Source of the DNA: Selaginella moellendorffii
Lineage: Eukaryota; Plantae; Lycopodiophyta
DNA length: 64,000 nucleotides
Assembly (NCBI RefSeq): GCF_000143415.4
Contig: NW_003314341.1
Location: 770,394 to 834,393, forward strand
Direction: 5' to 3'
This document shows positions 1-13,759 of this stretch, one piece after another. The notes under the pieces were generated by a model that saw nothing but the letters and a program-made list of their open reading frames with translations, had not been told where the DNA came from and made no database searches. The stretch's first letter is position 1. Each line of letters starts with the position of its first letter. The translations under genes and the position numbers were made by a program.

Positions 1-2238
1 GATTTACATTAACAATGTTTCACATGTGCAATTTGCAGGCATTAAAGATTGATTTTCGTTCGGAAGTTTCTCAAATTCAACAAGTTCTTGAAGACCACAG
101 GTATATCTCGCTGATTGTAATTTGTGAAGCTCACGGAAACTTAACTGTTGTTTATCAGAGCCTGGCAGTCGGAAGTTCAAAAGGTATTTAATGGAACTTC
201 CACTCTTTCCTTGCCAGAGCTGCTTTCCCTCCAGGTAAAAGAAATTAAGGAAACATTTTTTCTAGTTATTTACCTGGTTCCCTTCTACTCACTTCGGTTC
301 TTGATTATTTCAGGAAGCAGGGGAAGCGAGTATAATTCAAAGTATGGAGGTAGACTTGTTAGATACGGAAATAGTAGGAGTTGGAGCGTGGTTAGTACGG
401 TGCGAGGAAGTTGTAGGCACGGCACATAATAACCTTAGGGACGGTCTTCTTCAGGTGAAGTTCTGCATATAGGCGTTTGGATGTACTAATGCAATGTCTG
501 TGTTGACAGCTTAAAAGGTCGGCAGATCACGCTCTTCGGATTGTTGGCCTGTCCAACAAAGAGATCAAAGGGTCCTGCGTATGCCAGGAAGCTGCAGATG
601 AATCTGATAACACTTCTTTAAGCTGTGACAAATGTAGGGATAGGTAAGTTTTCACTGCTTCAAGAGTTTAGAATTCTAATCATACTGGTTGAGCAGGTTT
701 CACGCGCGTTGCGTCGGCGTTACACAGTTTCAAACAATAACACAAAATCAAAGGCAATACGTGTGTCCGTTTTGTACAGCTATATCGTCTGGGGCAGTAT
801 TTTCAAAGGATGACGTGACCAGTAAGGTAGTGTATATCTGCCGATTGGATCTGGCCAAATCTTATTCTCAACTTTCAGATGTGTGCAACACAAAAGGCTA
901 CACTGTCTTCGCTAGTTGAGCTTGCAAATGCAGCTAAAGCACTACATTGCAGGTATAGTTTTTATCTTCTAGAAAGTAACCACAACCCGGTTTTTGCACG
1001 TAACAGGGTGGAAGAGGAGGATTTGGTTGAAAGTATCTTGGAATCTGTCTTTACGTGGCAGGAATGGGTACATAAAACTGTGACACCTATGCTAGCCAAT
1101 GACAGACGAGAGGTGGATCTTCAAGTCCTTCGGTCCGCCTTAAAGGTAAGCCTGACTCGTCGACTTTTTCAAGATCTGATGGAAGTGTGTCGCAGGCAGC
1201 ATGCATGATGCAAGTGTACGATGACGCAAGTGCCGAAGTGAAGCGTGCGGTTGCTGTGCGTGCTTGGCGCATACGCACCAAAAAGTTGCTGGACAGCGTT
1301 GAAAAGCCTTGTTTTCGTTCCATTTGCCGGGCTTTAGAAGAAGTAAGTCACTGGTTCTTAATTAGATTGTAACCCGCAGCCTGTGCAGGCAGTAGCCATG
1401 AGCGTCCCAACGGAAGACGGGTTGCTGCTCGACGTAAGAAGCCGAGAAGCAGAGGCGTCTGCCTGGGCCAATCGCGTTAAACAGGTAAGCTGTGGAAGCA
1501 TCCACTGAATTTCAAGTATTAAGTTGCTATACAGGTGGTGGAAGACGGTGGAGTTACACCCCTGGAGGATGTGATGAGGCTCATCTCGAAAGCTGACGGG
1601 CTGCGTGTGACTGTGACGAAGGAGCTAACGGTATGAAGAATGGAATTTCTTTCGTTCTCTAAGCGGGATGAATGAATGCTTTTCAGGCATTGCGAGCAAG
1701 GAGCGTGCTGTATTGCATCTGCCGAAGGCCTTACGACGAGGCTCGAGCTATGATCGGGTGCGATCGCTGCGGCGAGTGGTACCACTTCAGCTGCATCAAC
1801 CTCCCAGAGCCGGAGAGCAACGACGGCGACTGTGATGCTTGCCTGCGTGACGAGCTCGGGCCGAGCGGCGAGTTCTTCTGCCCGGCGTGCAAGAAAGTCG
1901 GCAAGACCAAAGAGCACATCCGCCTGCTCGATGGTGGCCGGGTGGTGGCAACGAGCACGAAACGCTGTAGCAGCAACGGTGGCAGCAGTGGTCGACGGCA
2001 GCGGCAGCGTCTTCGCCAGGATCACGAAGACGACATGGATTACAGGGAGGAGGAGGAAGAAGAGGAGGAGGAGGAGGAGGAAGAGGAGGAAGAGATCATC
2101 TTGGAGGAAGAAGAGTATGACGAGGGAGGGGGCGATGGAGGAGGGGGAGTTTTGGATAGCTCCTCCAAAGTAAGGCCATGTCGAAGGACCGCCGGCCAAC
2201 ACAGAGGCTTTGACAGTTTTGTGATGCTCACCAGATAG
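1..2238 (+). CDS. 3' part of a KDM5/JMJ17-like PHD-finger histone demethylase (multi-exon, 5' end outside window)
   Basis: The last exon encodes a PHD finger (YCICRRPYD..MIGCDRCGEWYHFSCI..FFCPAC), a poly-Glu tract and a basic C-terminus, with TAG at 2236-2238. Upstream exons carry Cys-rich and helical segments typical of the KDM5 C-terminal half. No JmjC domain is visible in the window. Confidence 0.65.
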
Positions 2239-2371
2239 CCAGCCAGCTCCTCTAGCTAATAGGCTATTGTCATTCATTCTTTTGTATATTATATTAGCTC
2301 TAATTGGAAATAAGTCTAAACGTTATTTAGTCTATAACCCTTGCCTCATTTAGGGTTTTTGGGCTCGGGCG

Positions 2372-3533
2372 ATGGCGAGCCTGTTCAAGGTAAGGCGCTT
2401 GGATGGATGGAAATGCTGCTGATGATTGCCCGAGCTGCGCAGAAGAAGGAAATATCGGCGTACAAGGATCGGCGATTCGCAGGCACGCAGGTGGAGTATG
2501 AGGAGGCATTGCAGACCTCGGTCACGGTCTATGTGGGAAATCTCTCCTTCTACACCACCGAGGAGCAGCTGTACGAGCTCTTCTCGCGCTGCGGCGAGAT
2601 CAAGCGGATCGTCATGGGCCTGGACAAGAACAACAAGACGCCGTGTGGTTTTTGCTTCATCATGTCCGTCTTGCTGCTTCTTTCTTCTTGGATGGACTGA
2701 CGAATCTTCTTCTTGTTCTTGTTCTTGGCAGATTTTACACTCGAGACGATGCCCAGGACTCTGTCAAGTACATAAGCGGCACCATTCTCGACGACAGGCC
2801 GATTCGTGTGGATTTCGACTGGGGTTTTGAGGATGGGCGACAGTGGGGAAGGGGAAGGAGTGGCGGCCAGGTAAAAGAGATTGATGCTATCTTCTCTAAG
2901 TGGCTTCCACATTTTCTTCCTTGCAGGTCCGGGATGAGTACCGCACAGACTATGATCCAGATATCCATTTCTTTCTTTTCCATTGCTCGTTTATTTTTTC
3001 TCATACATTCGCGGACCTTAACTAGCGAGCTCACGCAGAGGAGGATATGGAAAGCTGGTACAAAAGGAGCTGGAGAGTCGTAGATCTTTGGTCGACTATT
3101 CAGCGGGTGGCCTTGCAACGACGTCGTCAACGATTGTGAAGAATCCTTGTGAGTGTTTTCGTGCTTTTCAAGTGAAGCTCTACTGGGTGCTAATGATGAT
3201 GGTGATTCCATTGCCTGTGCTCGCTTAGATGGTGGTGGTGTCAGGAACAGGGGTAAGCTCCCCATTTTGCAAACATTCCCATCGGTGCACTAAGTTTCTC
3301 TGTCATGCCCAGATCGCAAGCGGAGGAGGGACGACGAGCGAATGCCGGCGGATGGCGTCAAGAGCTACAGTCACAGGGACAATCGGGTAGAAAAAAAAAA
3401 AAACTCTTTGGTTTTTCCGCGCCAGCCGGTTTGCGTTATATACTAACACGAGGTCCATGCACAGGAAAAGAATCCGCGTTTCCGGGACAAGGGAGACTCG
3501 GACGACGAGGAGACCCGAGGGGGAGGCGTGTAA
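2372..3533 (+). CDS. CBP20: Nuclear cap-binding protein subunit 2 (CBP20), multi-exon
   Basis: Spliced reading MASLFK|[103 protein letters not shown], matching the known CBP20 RRM. A telo-box (TAGGGTTT) lies at 2351. Confidence 0.95.
2961..3034 (+). other. U12-type (minor spliceosome) AT-AC intron in CBP20
   Basis: 5' end ATATCCATTT, branch point CCTTAAC at 3016-3022, 3' end CAC. Removing it restores the conserved peptide DYDPG/RGGYGK. Confidence 0.9.
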
Positions 3534-3938
3534 TAAGAAACTCAGGTTCATTCATGTGGATCTATCACCTAAACCTTTTAAAAGCTCTCTTTTAGCAACC
3601 AAATTAGCGTCTCTCGGAGCTACCTAAGGAGGAGGGAGGAGGAGGGACTATAGTTTAGGCTATAAAGGCAGGCAGGATAAACAGGGATATGGCTAGCGGC
3701 GCGCCGTAGCGAGCACGGTGGACAGGGAAAAGCAATGGCGGTTGCTTTGGAAGTTAGCACAGGGGGGTCGGCGATCGATGGTGAAAGAATTGGGAGGATT
3801 TGCGAGGAGGAGGAGGAGGAGGAGGCGGATCCATGGCAGCCAAGTTGTTGACCCAAGATCGCGACTTTTGTGACCGGAGGTTGGGAGTGGACTTGGGATC
3901 ATCGCGGGAGGAGATCGGGGAGGGAGGAGGATCCGAGG

Positions 3939-6324
3939 ATGCAAAGCAGTGTCGTGAGAATTGCGGGAGCAATCCGAGGGATCTCGATAGCAGCCGTTGT
4001 GAGCTTCGTGAGTGGAGCTCTGCTGCTCCGGCTGCTCATGGTGGAAGGCCCGGCGCTGCGATCCCTGCAACTGACTTGGGCAGCGCCAGTTCTCCGCGCG
4101 GCGATGGCGCCCACCTCCGCCTCCTCCGCCGCCTCCGCCTCGGCGCTCGAGCAGCTCATCCCAGCGCCGGCTCCCGCCCCTCTTCCCGATCCCGCTGACA
4201 CCGCCGCCGCCACCACCGACGTGGACACCACGGAACTCCTGGTGGCTATGGTGTCGTCGATCCCGCCATCCAGCATGCAGCCGCTGGCGCTGTGGGAGCT
4301 CTTCAAGCCCGTGATGGCTCGCCGGGATCTCTTCGCGGAGGCGAGGACCAAGATGACGGACGCGTGGAATGCCTGGCAGCAGCTGCTCGAGTTTTTGAGG
4401 GACACCGCCGCCTCCGCCGCCACCAGGAAGGCGAGCAGCGAGGAGCGCCACTGCCCCTACTCGGTCAGCTGGCTCAACGCCACGGACTTGAGCAAGGGGG
4501 GCCGCGTTGTGGCGGACATACCGTGCGGCCTGGTGCTGGACTCGTCCATCACGCTGGTCGGAGCGCCCGCCGGCGTCATGGGCGACTTCCGGATTGATCT
4601 TGTCGGGCAGAGCTTCCCGGGTGAGAGGGCCGAGGCGCCAATTATCCTCCATCACAACATCCGGTTGGGCGGAGATCAGCTCTCTCCCCGAGCTGTGATC
4701 GTACAAAACACTTGGACTGCGGCCACGGACTGGGCGGACGAGGAACGATGCCCGCCTCCTCCGGCATCGCAGCAAGATCTCCGGACAGGTACTTAAAACT
4801 CTCGGTTGACCACCACCACCACCACCACCTCGATCGTGCAAAGTGTTTATGTCTTCTCCCTCTCTCTAACGTTTGCCTCCTCTTTTTTCGTGGCAGTGGA
4901 TGGTCTCGCGATGTGTGCCCCGCAAGTGGGCATTCGAGACTCGCCTGCAAACGCAAACGCTTCGTCGTCGCCTCCCTCGAAGTGGCCTGGTGCGATAACG
5001 CAGCAGCACGGCAAGAAACCATGGTTTCCTTATGCCGACGGCCATCCTTTTGCTGCGACGGTGTGGGCTGGATGGGATGGATTTCACGTAACTGTGGACG
5101 GGAAGCACGTAACGTCGTTCGAGTATAGGCAGGCAGGTGCTCTTTCATCTCGCTTTGATGCTCAAGCTCAAGTTTTTTCTCCTGTGCTTCTTCAGAACTT
5201 GGAGCCGTGGATGGTGAGCAGTGTCCGGCTGGAGGGGAGTTTGTTTCTCACCTCGCTCATTGCGAATGGACTGCCCACCTCCGAGGATCAAAACACGCTC
5301 CGAGACTTGGACCGCCTGAAAGCGCCGCCTTTGCCCCCCAAAGGCAAGGCCTTGGATATGTTCATTGGTGTGTTTTCCACGGGGAACAACTTTGAGAGAA
5401 GGATGGCGGTGAGGAGATCCTGGATGCAGTACGAGCTTGTGAGGTCTGGTAAGATTGCGGTGCGCTTCTTTGTGGGACTGGTATGGTGTTTGTGCTTTTC
5501 ATTTCCTTCGATTCGACCTGATAAAGCTTGTGGCATTGTAGGACCAAAACCAACAGGTGAATGTGGAGCTGTGGAAGGAGGCCGTGGCTTATGGCGACAT
5601 TCAGCTGTTACCATTTATCGATTACTACAACCTCATCACGCTGAAAACGCTAGCCATTTGCATCTATGCAGTAAGCAGTGTCTTTTCTTTCCTTGCTTAC
5701 CGTTTGTTCTCAATTTCTCCTGTGGTTGCAGACGAAGATTGTCAAGTCGCGGTACGTGATGAAGACTGACGATGACACGTTCGTGAGGGTGGACGAAGTG
5801 TACGCTTCCGTTAGGCGGACCAACCGAAGCGAGGCTCTTTTGTATGGACTGATCGAAGGGGACTCGAAACCCAACCGTGACTACCGCAGCAAGTGGTATA
5901 TCACAGAAGAGGTGGGTTCATTCCCTAGTTTTCTTGCAAGAGGCTCACTCGCTTTGTCAGGAGTGGCCTCTTCCTCGGTATCCTCCTTGGGCTCACGGTC
6001 CAGGCTACATTTTTTCCCGTGATATCGCCCGGTTTGTGGTGAAGAGGAACGAGGAGATGCGCCTCAAGGTAGCCGAGACTTAATTCTTCCAGTGGCTAAC
6101 GTGTTTGGCTGCAGCTGTTTAAGCTGGAGGACGTTGCAATGGGTGCGTGGATTGAAGAGTATGGTCGGGTACGCAAGAAGAACGTAAGCTACGCCAGCGA
6201 CGCCAATTTTCTCAGCGAGAACTGCAAGGATGGGTATAAGATTGCGCACTATCAAAACCCCCGGCAAATGATTTGTTTGTGGCAACACTTGGAGCAAGGC
6301 TCCGGGCCTTTGTGTTGCAACTGA
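3939..6324 (+). CDS. Galectin-domain GT31 beta-1,3-galactosyltransferase (GALT1/GALT3-like)
   Basis: N-terminal TM anchor, galectin domain ([47 protein letters not shown]) and GT31 domain ([43 protein letters not shown]). Ends at CCN*. Confidence 0.9.
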
Positions 6325-6554
6325 GAGAGCTCGTTTTGAGCCGCGTTTGTGTACATAAAAGCTGGAGTAGTCGTGATCAATTCGGAAAACTTTTGGAGGT
6401 GTAATTTACCTCTCACACGATCAAATATTCCCGAAGAAAAGAAAGATAAGAAACGGAGAGAGAGAGGGAGTGTGTGCAATTTTTGGACTTAACAAGTGCC
6501 GTTGGATAAGAATATACTCAATTGTTTTGAAACTCTGCGATCGTCTTCCCAGGT

Positions 6555-8150
6555 ATGGAAGGCGCAGAATCTCCATTTGCGAGGAGATCCTCTGGCGGCG
6601 GCGTGGAAGACAATGCAGCTGTGATCCGCATTGTACAAGTTCCTCTACGATCGCCTCCGGATGGCTTTCCTCAAGCACAACGACAAGCACATCCCGGTGG
6701 ATGTCAGGTGTCTCAGCAGCCTCGAGAGGCAGCGCATCCTCGACGCGCCTTTCACTAGCACCGATCAGGATAATCTTCGCTTGCTCGAGCGAACGCATTG
6801 ACAGGTCGAGTTCCCCTCTTTTTTCTTGCTTTGTTCTTCCTACTTAAAACAGACTGAAAACGGGGTAGCTGGCATGACAGAGTTGGGATTGAGCTTCCCA
6901 AGGTGGAAGTGCGTTTCGAGCATCTGTGCGTCAGTGTACGCGGGCTCCAGAGCCCGAGTCTTGTCAACTTTGTTAGAAACTTTGCAGAGGTGGGCGAAGT
7001 TCTCTAGTATCGTCTTTTACAGAAGCGGCTTTCTCCCACAGGGATATTTTGGTTGCTTGCAAAGTGTTGTCAAGCAAGAAAAAAAATTTCACAATTGTCA
7101 AGGACGTCACAGGAGTGATCAGACCTGGGAGGTGACATGATTTAAGGAGACTAAAGAAACTGGAAACTGACAGAGTGTTTCCAGTGCGGGATGACTCTAT
7201 TGTTAGGACGTCCTGGGGCTACAAAGCTGGTTTGATTTCTCTGGACTGTTTATGAAACATAACCTTTTAAAATTCCAGAGATGCTGAGCGAGTTGTCACG
7301 CAAAGAAAAGGAGCTCGACATCCACCCGGACCCTGAGATCGATGCATTTATGAAGGTATTTATTCTTCTTTCTCTTGCCGAGTTTTCAAGGCATTATAGC
7401 TAGCTTCCAGGCCATTGGAGTCTGTCAACAGGTTACATAATGAAAGTTCGTGGGCTGAAAGTTTGTGCAGACACGTTGGGATGGTTCGTGAGGTCTCAGG
7501 GGGTCAAAGAAATCGCGTCACTACAGGTAGACTACAGTCACAAGATAAGCTTACCGCTAACACAATTTTCTTTAACAGGTGAAATGGTTAAGAAGACACT
7601 CTTTATGGACGAGATATCAATAGCTCTACCATTGTCAACTTCGTCCGAAACTTTGTGCATTTTCTCGACGGCACAGTTCTCATGTCACTTGTTCACCCTT
7701 CGCCAGAAACGTATGACCTCTTTGACGAAATATTGCTTTATGATCTCTTTGACAACGGATTATTGTTTATCTCGGGCCGAGGGAAAAGATATTGAACTTT
7801 TTCGAAGCGTGCTTCAAATTGCCAAGAGTTGCCGATTTTTTTCAAGACGTAGACTTGAATTTTTCTCATTTGTTTTATTATTTGTGAAAAAAAAAATCTC
7901 CTGTCGGATCTGATATTTTTTCTTTCTGGACTTTTTCTTTACAGGTGACTTCCAAGAAGGATCAAAGGCAATATTGGCCGATAAGTCGAGACCATATCAG
8001 TACATTTCTGTTCCAGAATTCAAAAGCCTTCCGATAATATCAAGTTGGTAAAGATTTGACGACGCATCTCTCCATTCCTTACAAAGGTCATCCTTCCGCG
8101 TTTTCTAGAAAGTGTCGAACTCGGAATTATTTGCGGCATGTTTCGACCCT
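6555..8150 (+). pseudogene. PDR/full-size ABCG transporter pseudogene, N-terminal half
   Basis: Motifs in shifting frames: [83 protein letters not shown]. Many frameshifts and small deletions. Confidence 0.85.
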
Positions 8151-9539
8151 CGCCATCGCTTTCTGTACATTTTTCGCACTTGCCAGGTTTTGTTCTTTTG
8201 ATTGTAATTTAACCTGTAGCTGCGCTGTCCATAATTACAGGCACGTTATTCCTGCGAACCCGCTGCGAGGCAGGCGCTGAGAGATGGCAAGTCCATGGTT
8301 TTGATGGTGGCGGCTACTGCATTCGCGAGATCAGTGGGCGAAGCCGCAGCGCTTGGATCGAACTGGACGCCGACACAAACCAGGTATCCAGACTCGTAAC
8401 AGACAATGTCATCACTTTCTGAATGCAGTGCACTTGGTTGCTAGATCGACAGTGACATTTCTCAGTACGTGGGGATCTGCGCTCCTGTTGGGATGAACTT
8501 TCGTGAAGGACTTCTTTGTGATTTCTCTGATACGATTTTGCAACTCTCGGGTTTTTTACATGCGGGGCGGCATGTGCTCCCACGACTGGTGAGCTGACTT
8601 TTAGACGTTTACTTTTGCTCTAGCTTCACGCTGCCCCGCGAGTCCAGGGCTGTATTGCTGCTTCCATGGAGGAGGACCTGTAATTCTGTCAAGCAGGTAA
8701 TTGGCACCATTCAGATGCATCTAGGAATAAGGATTTATACAAGGCTGTGTTGTCGGGGAGAGGAGCTTCTGGTGATGGCATTGCATCTGATGCTGCCCAC
8801 ATTGACATTCTCAATGTCACCACAGATCGACATCAGATTCGTCAACTTGGTCGCTTGTAAGTTAGGCATTTCCCAGCCGTCGGATGCAAAGGGTGGCAGA
8901 GGGCATTCATCAGGGACAAGAAACTCACGAGATTGAGGCGGAGAGGTTTGAAAAGCTACTGATGATGCAGGGAGAGGATTGCAAAATCTTGAAAGGGCTA
9001 CGTTTACTGGGAAGGCTACAACATTCTCGCACCACCTCATGAGCTTGAGTTGGCTTTTGCTGAACTTCACTCTGAGCGTTGGGAAGCAAAGACAGACCCT
9101 GCTTACTCAACTCCTTAAACATCTTAACCTTTGGAGATGAATCATGATAAGAGAAAAGGAACCAAAAGTGCAGCAACGACCATATCTCTTGCAAGCGATT
9201 CAATCAGCCGAAACATCCCCAATCCCATATCTGTAACAACAGCATGAACCGGAAAAACCTGCGAAAAATGAGAAACAAAAACTTTAGCTCGTGACGCAAA
9301 TGTGCCACACCTTCCACTCTGGTGTGAGACCGACGGTGTAGTAAAGAATACACGACCAAATAACCGCTTCCAGTACCGAGTAGGGAATTCTTAAAATCAA
9401 ACTCGGGATAGAAGCGATTATCTGTTTGCTTGTAGAAGATCGTAACCTGTGATGGCCATCTCGCTGAAACCATTAAACATCATATGCAAAAGAGAAAAGA
9501 ACGAAGTGCTCATATACATATTGCCGTGAGCTTCATTAT

Positions 9540-9850
9540 CTGATTTGATTCGGTGGTCTTGGCATCGGGCCCCCACCTGTGTAGGATTTCCATGACCTGT
9601 TTCAAGCAGAAATCATTTATGGAAAAAGAAAAGCGAGAGATTGTTTTCTCACGTACGTGTTTGTTCATTCCCTGCATGGCGATTCCAGGGCGATGGAGAT
9701 AAAACTTTCGCATAGCTTTCCTGCAAAACAGTCGTAACGCTTTCACAAATTTTACGGAAAGAACAACCACTATTGGACGAAGAATCACGAAAGCTACACA
9801 ACACTGGTGAACTCTTACCGTTTGAAGCTCCTCAATTGTAAAGTCCACTG
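9540..9850 (-). pseudogene. Degenerate glycerophosphodiester phosphodiesterase (GDPD)-like fragment
   Basis: Peptides DFTIEELQTVRV, ESFISIALESP and DAKTTESNQ resemble plant GDPD5/6 motifs. No intact ORF. Confidence 0.45.
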
Positions 9851-9980
9851 CGCAAAGTAGAAGAAAAGATAGAGAGGACTAAATCCATTTTGTCCAATTC
9901 GTAAGTACTTCTATAACTTCCCGCAAGAATTTGATCGTTGAAGCAGAAATTTCTAGGGTTTAGGGTTCTTCCCCAAAGAA

Positions 9981-12868
9981 ATGGGGAAGAAGAAAGAGAA
10001 GAAGCCGGGAAAGGGGAAGGAGAAGACCGAGCGCAAGACGGCTAAGGCGGCAGAGAAGCGTGCTCGTCGCGACGACAAGAAGGTTCCGGATGAGGATGAC
10101 ATTGATGCGATTCTGGTAAGCAAAGGGCATTCTCGACTAGCTATTTGGTCTCAATCGTTTTCATTTTGGTTAGGCTAAAATCCAGAAGGAGGAAGCAAAG
10201 AAGAGCGAGGTTCACGTCGATGAGAATGTAGCAGCGCCTTCACCACGATCCAATTGCTCTGTGCGTAAGAGTTTGATCAAAATCTCCACCCTGGAAGCTC
10301 ACATTCTTTGAGAATTCTTTTCTTTGCGTTTCAGGTGACTGTAAACCCCGTCAAGGACACTGAGCTGATCGTGTATGGAGGTGAATTCTATAACGGTGAC
10401 AAGGTTTATGATTCTCTCTTCTCCTTTTCTTTCTGATTTGATCTTCGTGCTTGCTATGCTAGACTTACGTTTATGGCAATCTCTATCGATACAATATCGA
10501 GAAGAACGACTGGAAGCTTGTCACCAGTCCAAACAGTCCTCCCCCAAGAAGTGCTCACCAGGCGGTTGCATGGAAAAATTGGCTCTTCATTTTTGGTATG
10601 TCAGGAGAGTATGTATCTTCCACAGCTTTGCTTGACACCTGTAGTGTAGGTGGTGAATTCACGTCTCCAAATCAGGAGAGATTTCATCACTATAAGGTGG
10701 GCTTCTATCTGCTTTTTTCTTCGTTTCTCGACAAGAGATCTCTTGTAGGATTTATGGAGACTGGACCTAAACACAAATGTATGGGAGCAGCTTCAACTAA
10801 AAGGCTCCCCAGGTGCTCGTTCCGGACATAGATTGGTGAGGATTGCGCTTCTAACAGACCGTGTAATCTCTCTTTCTTGGCACAGGTTCTCTACAAACAT
10901 AAACTTATTCTATTTGGTGGATTTTATGACACGCTGCGGGAAGTAAGGTTCGTGGTTTCAGCAATGTAGATGTTTAGTTTTTAATGTTCGACACAGGTAC
11001 TTCAATGATCTTTACGTGCTGGATTTAGACGACTACAAGGTTGGTTTTCGTGACCTTCCTTCCTTCCTTTCTTTTCTAATAGCTAGATTCATTTTCTTCT
11101 GCAGTGGCAAGAGATAAAACCCAAGCTTGGAGCTGCCTGGCCTTCGGCTAGAAGTGGTTTTCAGTTTGCTGTTTATTTAGATGAGGTATTTGTCTACTAA
11201 AAAGCACATTTTTGCGTGTTATGAACATCTTTTCTTTTCCAGATTTTCTTGTACGGTGGCTATTTCAAAGAGCCTGCCCCTGACAAAGATCAATCCGACA
11301 AAGGTGTAGTGCTCGCAGATATGTGGACGTTAGATCCACGGAATTGGGAGTGGGACAAGGTTTGCTATATTTACATTCTCGTTTTGGTGGATTTTTTTAT
11401 GTTTTGCTGTGTTTTGTGAAGGTGAAAAAATCTGGTATGGCTCCTGGGCCAAGAGCAGGATTTTCTATGTGTGTCCACAAGAAACGAGCCATCTTGTTTG
11501 GTGGTGTAGTTGATACTGATGATAAAGGTTAGTATCCATGCCTTGGTTAACAGAAAAACTTATGTCTTTTGCAGGTGATTCGCTGCACAGCGTTTTTATG
11601 AATGAGATGTATGCTTTTCAGATGGACAATCGCAGATGGTTTGTCTCTCGTTTGTTGTCAAAAACTTATCTGAACACCTTCGCAGGTATCCTTTGGAGCT
11701 TCGCAAGCCAAAGAGCCTCAAGAATAAGGTACGTCAATCCGAGATTGTTTAGTCGTTAAGTATGCATCCAAAGCAGAAGAAAGTGGTCAATCCAAATGTG
11801 GAAAATCCGTCTGTAGAAGGAGAAGGCGTTGAGAGTCAAATGGAAGCTACAACCTTGGAAGACGAACCCACGACTGAGTTCCAGGTCTTGTTTGCGTTTC
11901 ATTTCCGCCACAAGTATATAACGTTGAGCGTTTGATGTGAAGGTTGTTAAGCCTTGCAGTAGAATCCATGCTGGAATGGTCGTTGGAAAGGATACTTTGT
12001 TTCTGTATGGAGGTATGAAAGAAGTTGGGGAGAAAGAAGTGACACTCGACGACCTTTTCTCGCTGGACCTGAATAAACTCGATGCGTGGAAGTGCATTAT
12101 TGAGGTCAGTACTTTCGTGATCGAGCTATATAGCAGCTTTTTACTAATGTCTCAAGCAGGAAACACAAAGTGAATGGATTGAAGTTAGTGACGAGGAAGG
12201 TGAAAGTGATGATGACAACAGTGATGCTGGATCGATTAGTAATGGAACAGACGACGAGGAGGACGATGGCGAGGTAGTAAAAGAGATATATAGCAAAACT
12301 TGTATGTTTACTCTTGTATTCCAGGATGCAGCGGAGTCATCGCAACGAGTTGAAGAGGCAGCTGCTATTCTGAGGGGCGAAGGCAAAAGACTGACACGAA
12401 AGGCACGGAAATTAAAGATCGATCAAATGCGGTCCGAGCTGGGCCTAGCTGATTCCCAACGAACACCTTTGGTGAGTGATGATAGTAGTCCATCTTCTCG
12501 TTTTGTTATTGATTTGTCTTCCAGCCTGGGGAAACGCTGAGAGATTTTTTCTCCCGGACGATCATGTATTGGCAAATGGCTGCTTACGACCACACCCAAC
12601 ACACTGGAAAGGTGATGACGCAGGTTTTTTTTTCGCTCGTTCTTCATGCTCTTTACATCTATCAGGAGCTCAGGAAGGATGGATTTGACTTGGCGGAGAC
12701 ACGCTACAGAGAACTTAAACCCGTCCTGGACGAGGTAAAGTGGTGTCTCGAGAAGAATTCTCACAACAAACATTGTTTACTTTGCAGCTCGCAAGACTTG
12801 AAGCCGACCAAAAGGCCGAAGAGGAAGAAGAGGCTACCAAACCTTCCAAGAAGCGCAGCAATAAATGA
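9981..12868 (+). CDS. KLHDC4: Kelch domain-containing protein 4 (KLHDC4-like, C-terminal DUF4110), multi-exon
   Basis: MGKKKEKKPGKGKEKTERK, PSPRSNCS, YGGEFYNG, PPPRSAHQ, GGEFTSPNQERFHHYK, PGARSGHR, GPRAGFSM, QRTPL/PGETLRDFF..YWQ..ELRKDGFDLAETRY. TGA at 12866-12868. Double telo-box at about 9954-9968. Confidence 0.92.
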
Positions 12869-13489
12869 ATAGATTACAGTTATTCTCCAAGGCCATGGTA
12901 GTGTCAACTTTCTTCGTTTTCTAATGCCATTGACACGAAACCAATCTCTATCTTTCGTCAGGTGATAGAATTTTGCCTTTGCTCCTCCGTAATCTTGGAT
13001 TCTTGGAGACTGGTTCAAGGCACGTCTGACGAGACGCTAGCTGCAGCCTCGGTTTCTGCTGGAGCAGCCTCCTCCTGGCACTGTTGTCGTAGCTGGAAGA
13101 AAGAGAAGAGTTTTACACTGGAAAGAGAAAAGAAAATGTTACCTCCAGCTGTGCGTGTAGGTGCTCACTGCCATAGCAAGCAACAGAGAAAGAAATACGG
13201 ATCAGGAAGAAGAAAGCAGCAGCAGTGTTTCAAGCACAAAATGAAGAAAACAAGAGAGAGAAGAAAAGATTGTTTTTTTTCATGTTGATGAAGACTGGAC
13301 TCTTGATTTCGAGAAAATGTGTTGTAACTTTCATTCAACAGTTTCTAGAAATTTTCTGGAAGCGTTAGCTAGTGACTATGCACACGGGGATAGTGGTTTG
13401 CCCACCGGCCAGGTGCCCCAGAGAGCCAGCCTCAGCGGGGCCAATGCACGGAGAGACCAACCACCAGGAGGCCGGTGACACTGCTGGTG

Positions 13490-13710
13490 GTGGCTAGAAC
13501 TCTTAGTCTTTGAAGCTCTTCAAATGTAAAGTCCATAAAGTCCACTATACACAAGGAAGAATGATGATGACAAAAGAATGAGAACAAAGAGGACGTTGCG
13601 CATGAATGCTCATGGGCTACACCATCAGAACCGCCCTCTGCATCTTTCCTGTGGTGTAGCTCAAACACGAAGGTCACAGATTACTCCCGAATCTTTGAGG
13701 TTGGAGTTAA
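13490..13710 (-). pseudogene. Second GDPD-like fragment
   Basis: DFTFEELQRLRV, preceded by a KDSGVICD-like segment. Paralogous to the fragment near 9850. Confidence 0.35.
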
Positions 13711-13759
13711 TATGTAAATATATATAGATTATCGCAAAAATTAGGTGACTGTCCATTTT

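Noticed and set aside
3693-4841. 382-aa minus-strand ORF and similar long antisense ORFs
   Set aside because: These are shadows of GC-rich exons on the opposite strand with no recognisable motifs.
8200-9500. Gene on the minus strand between the PDR and GDPD remnants
   Set aside because: There are splice-like signals but no identifiable protein motif or continuous frame.
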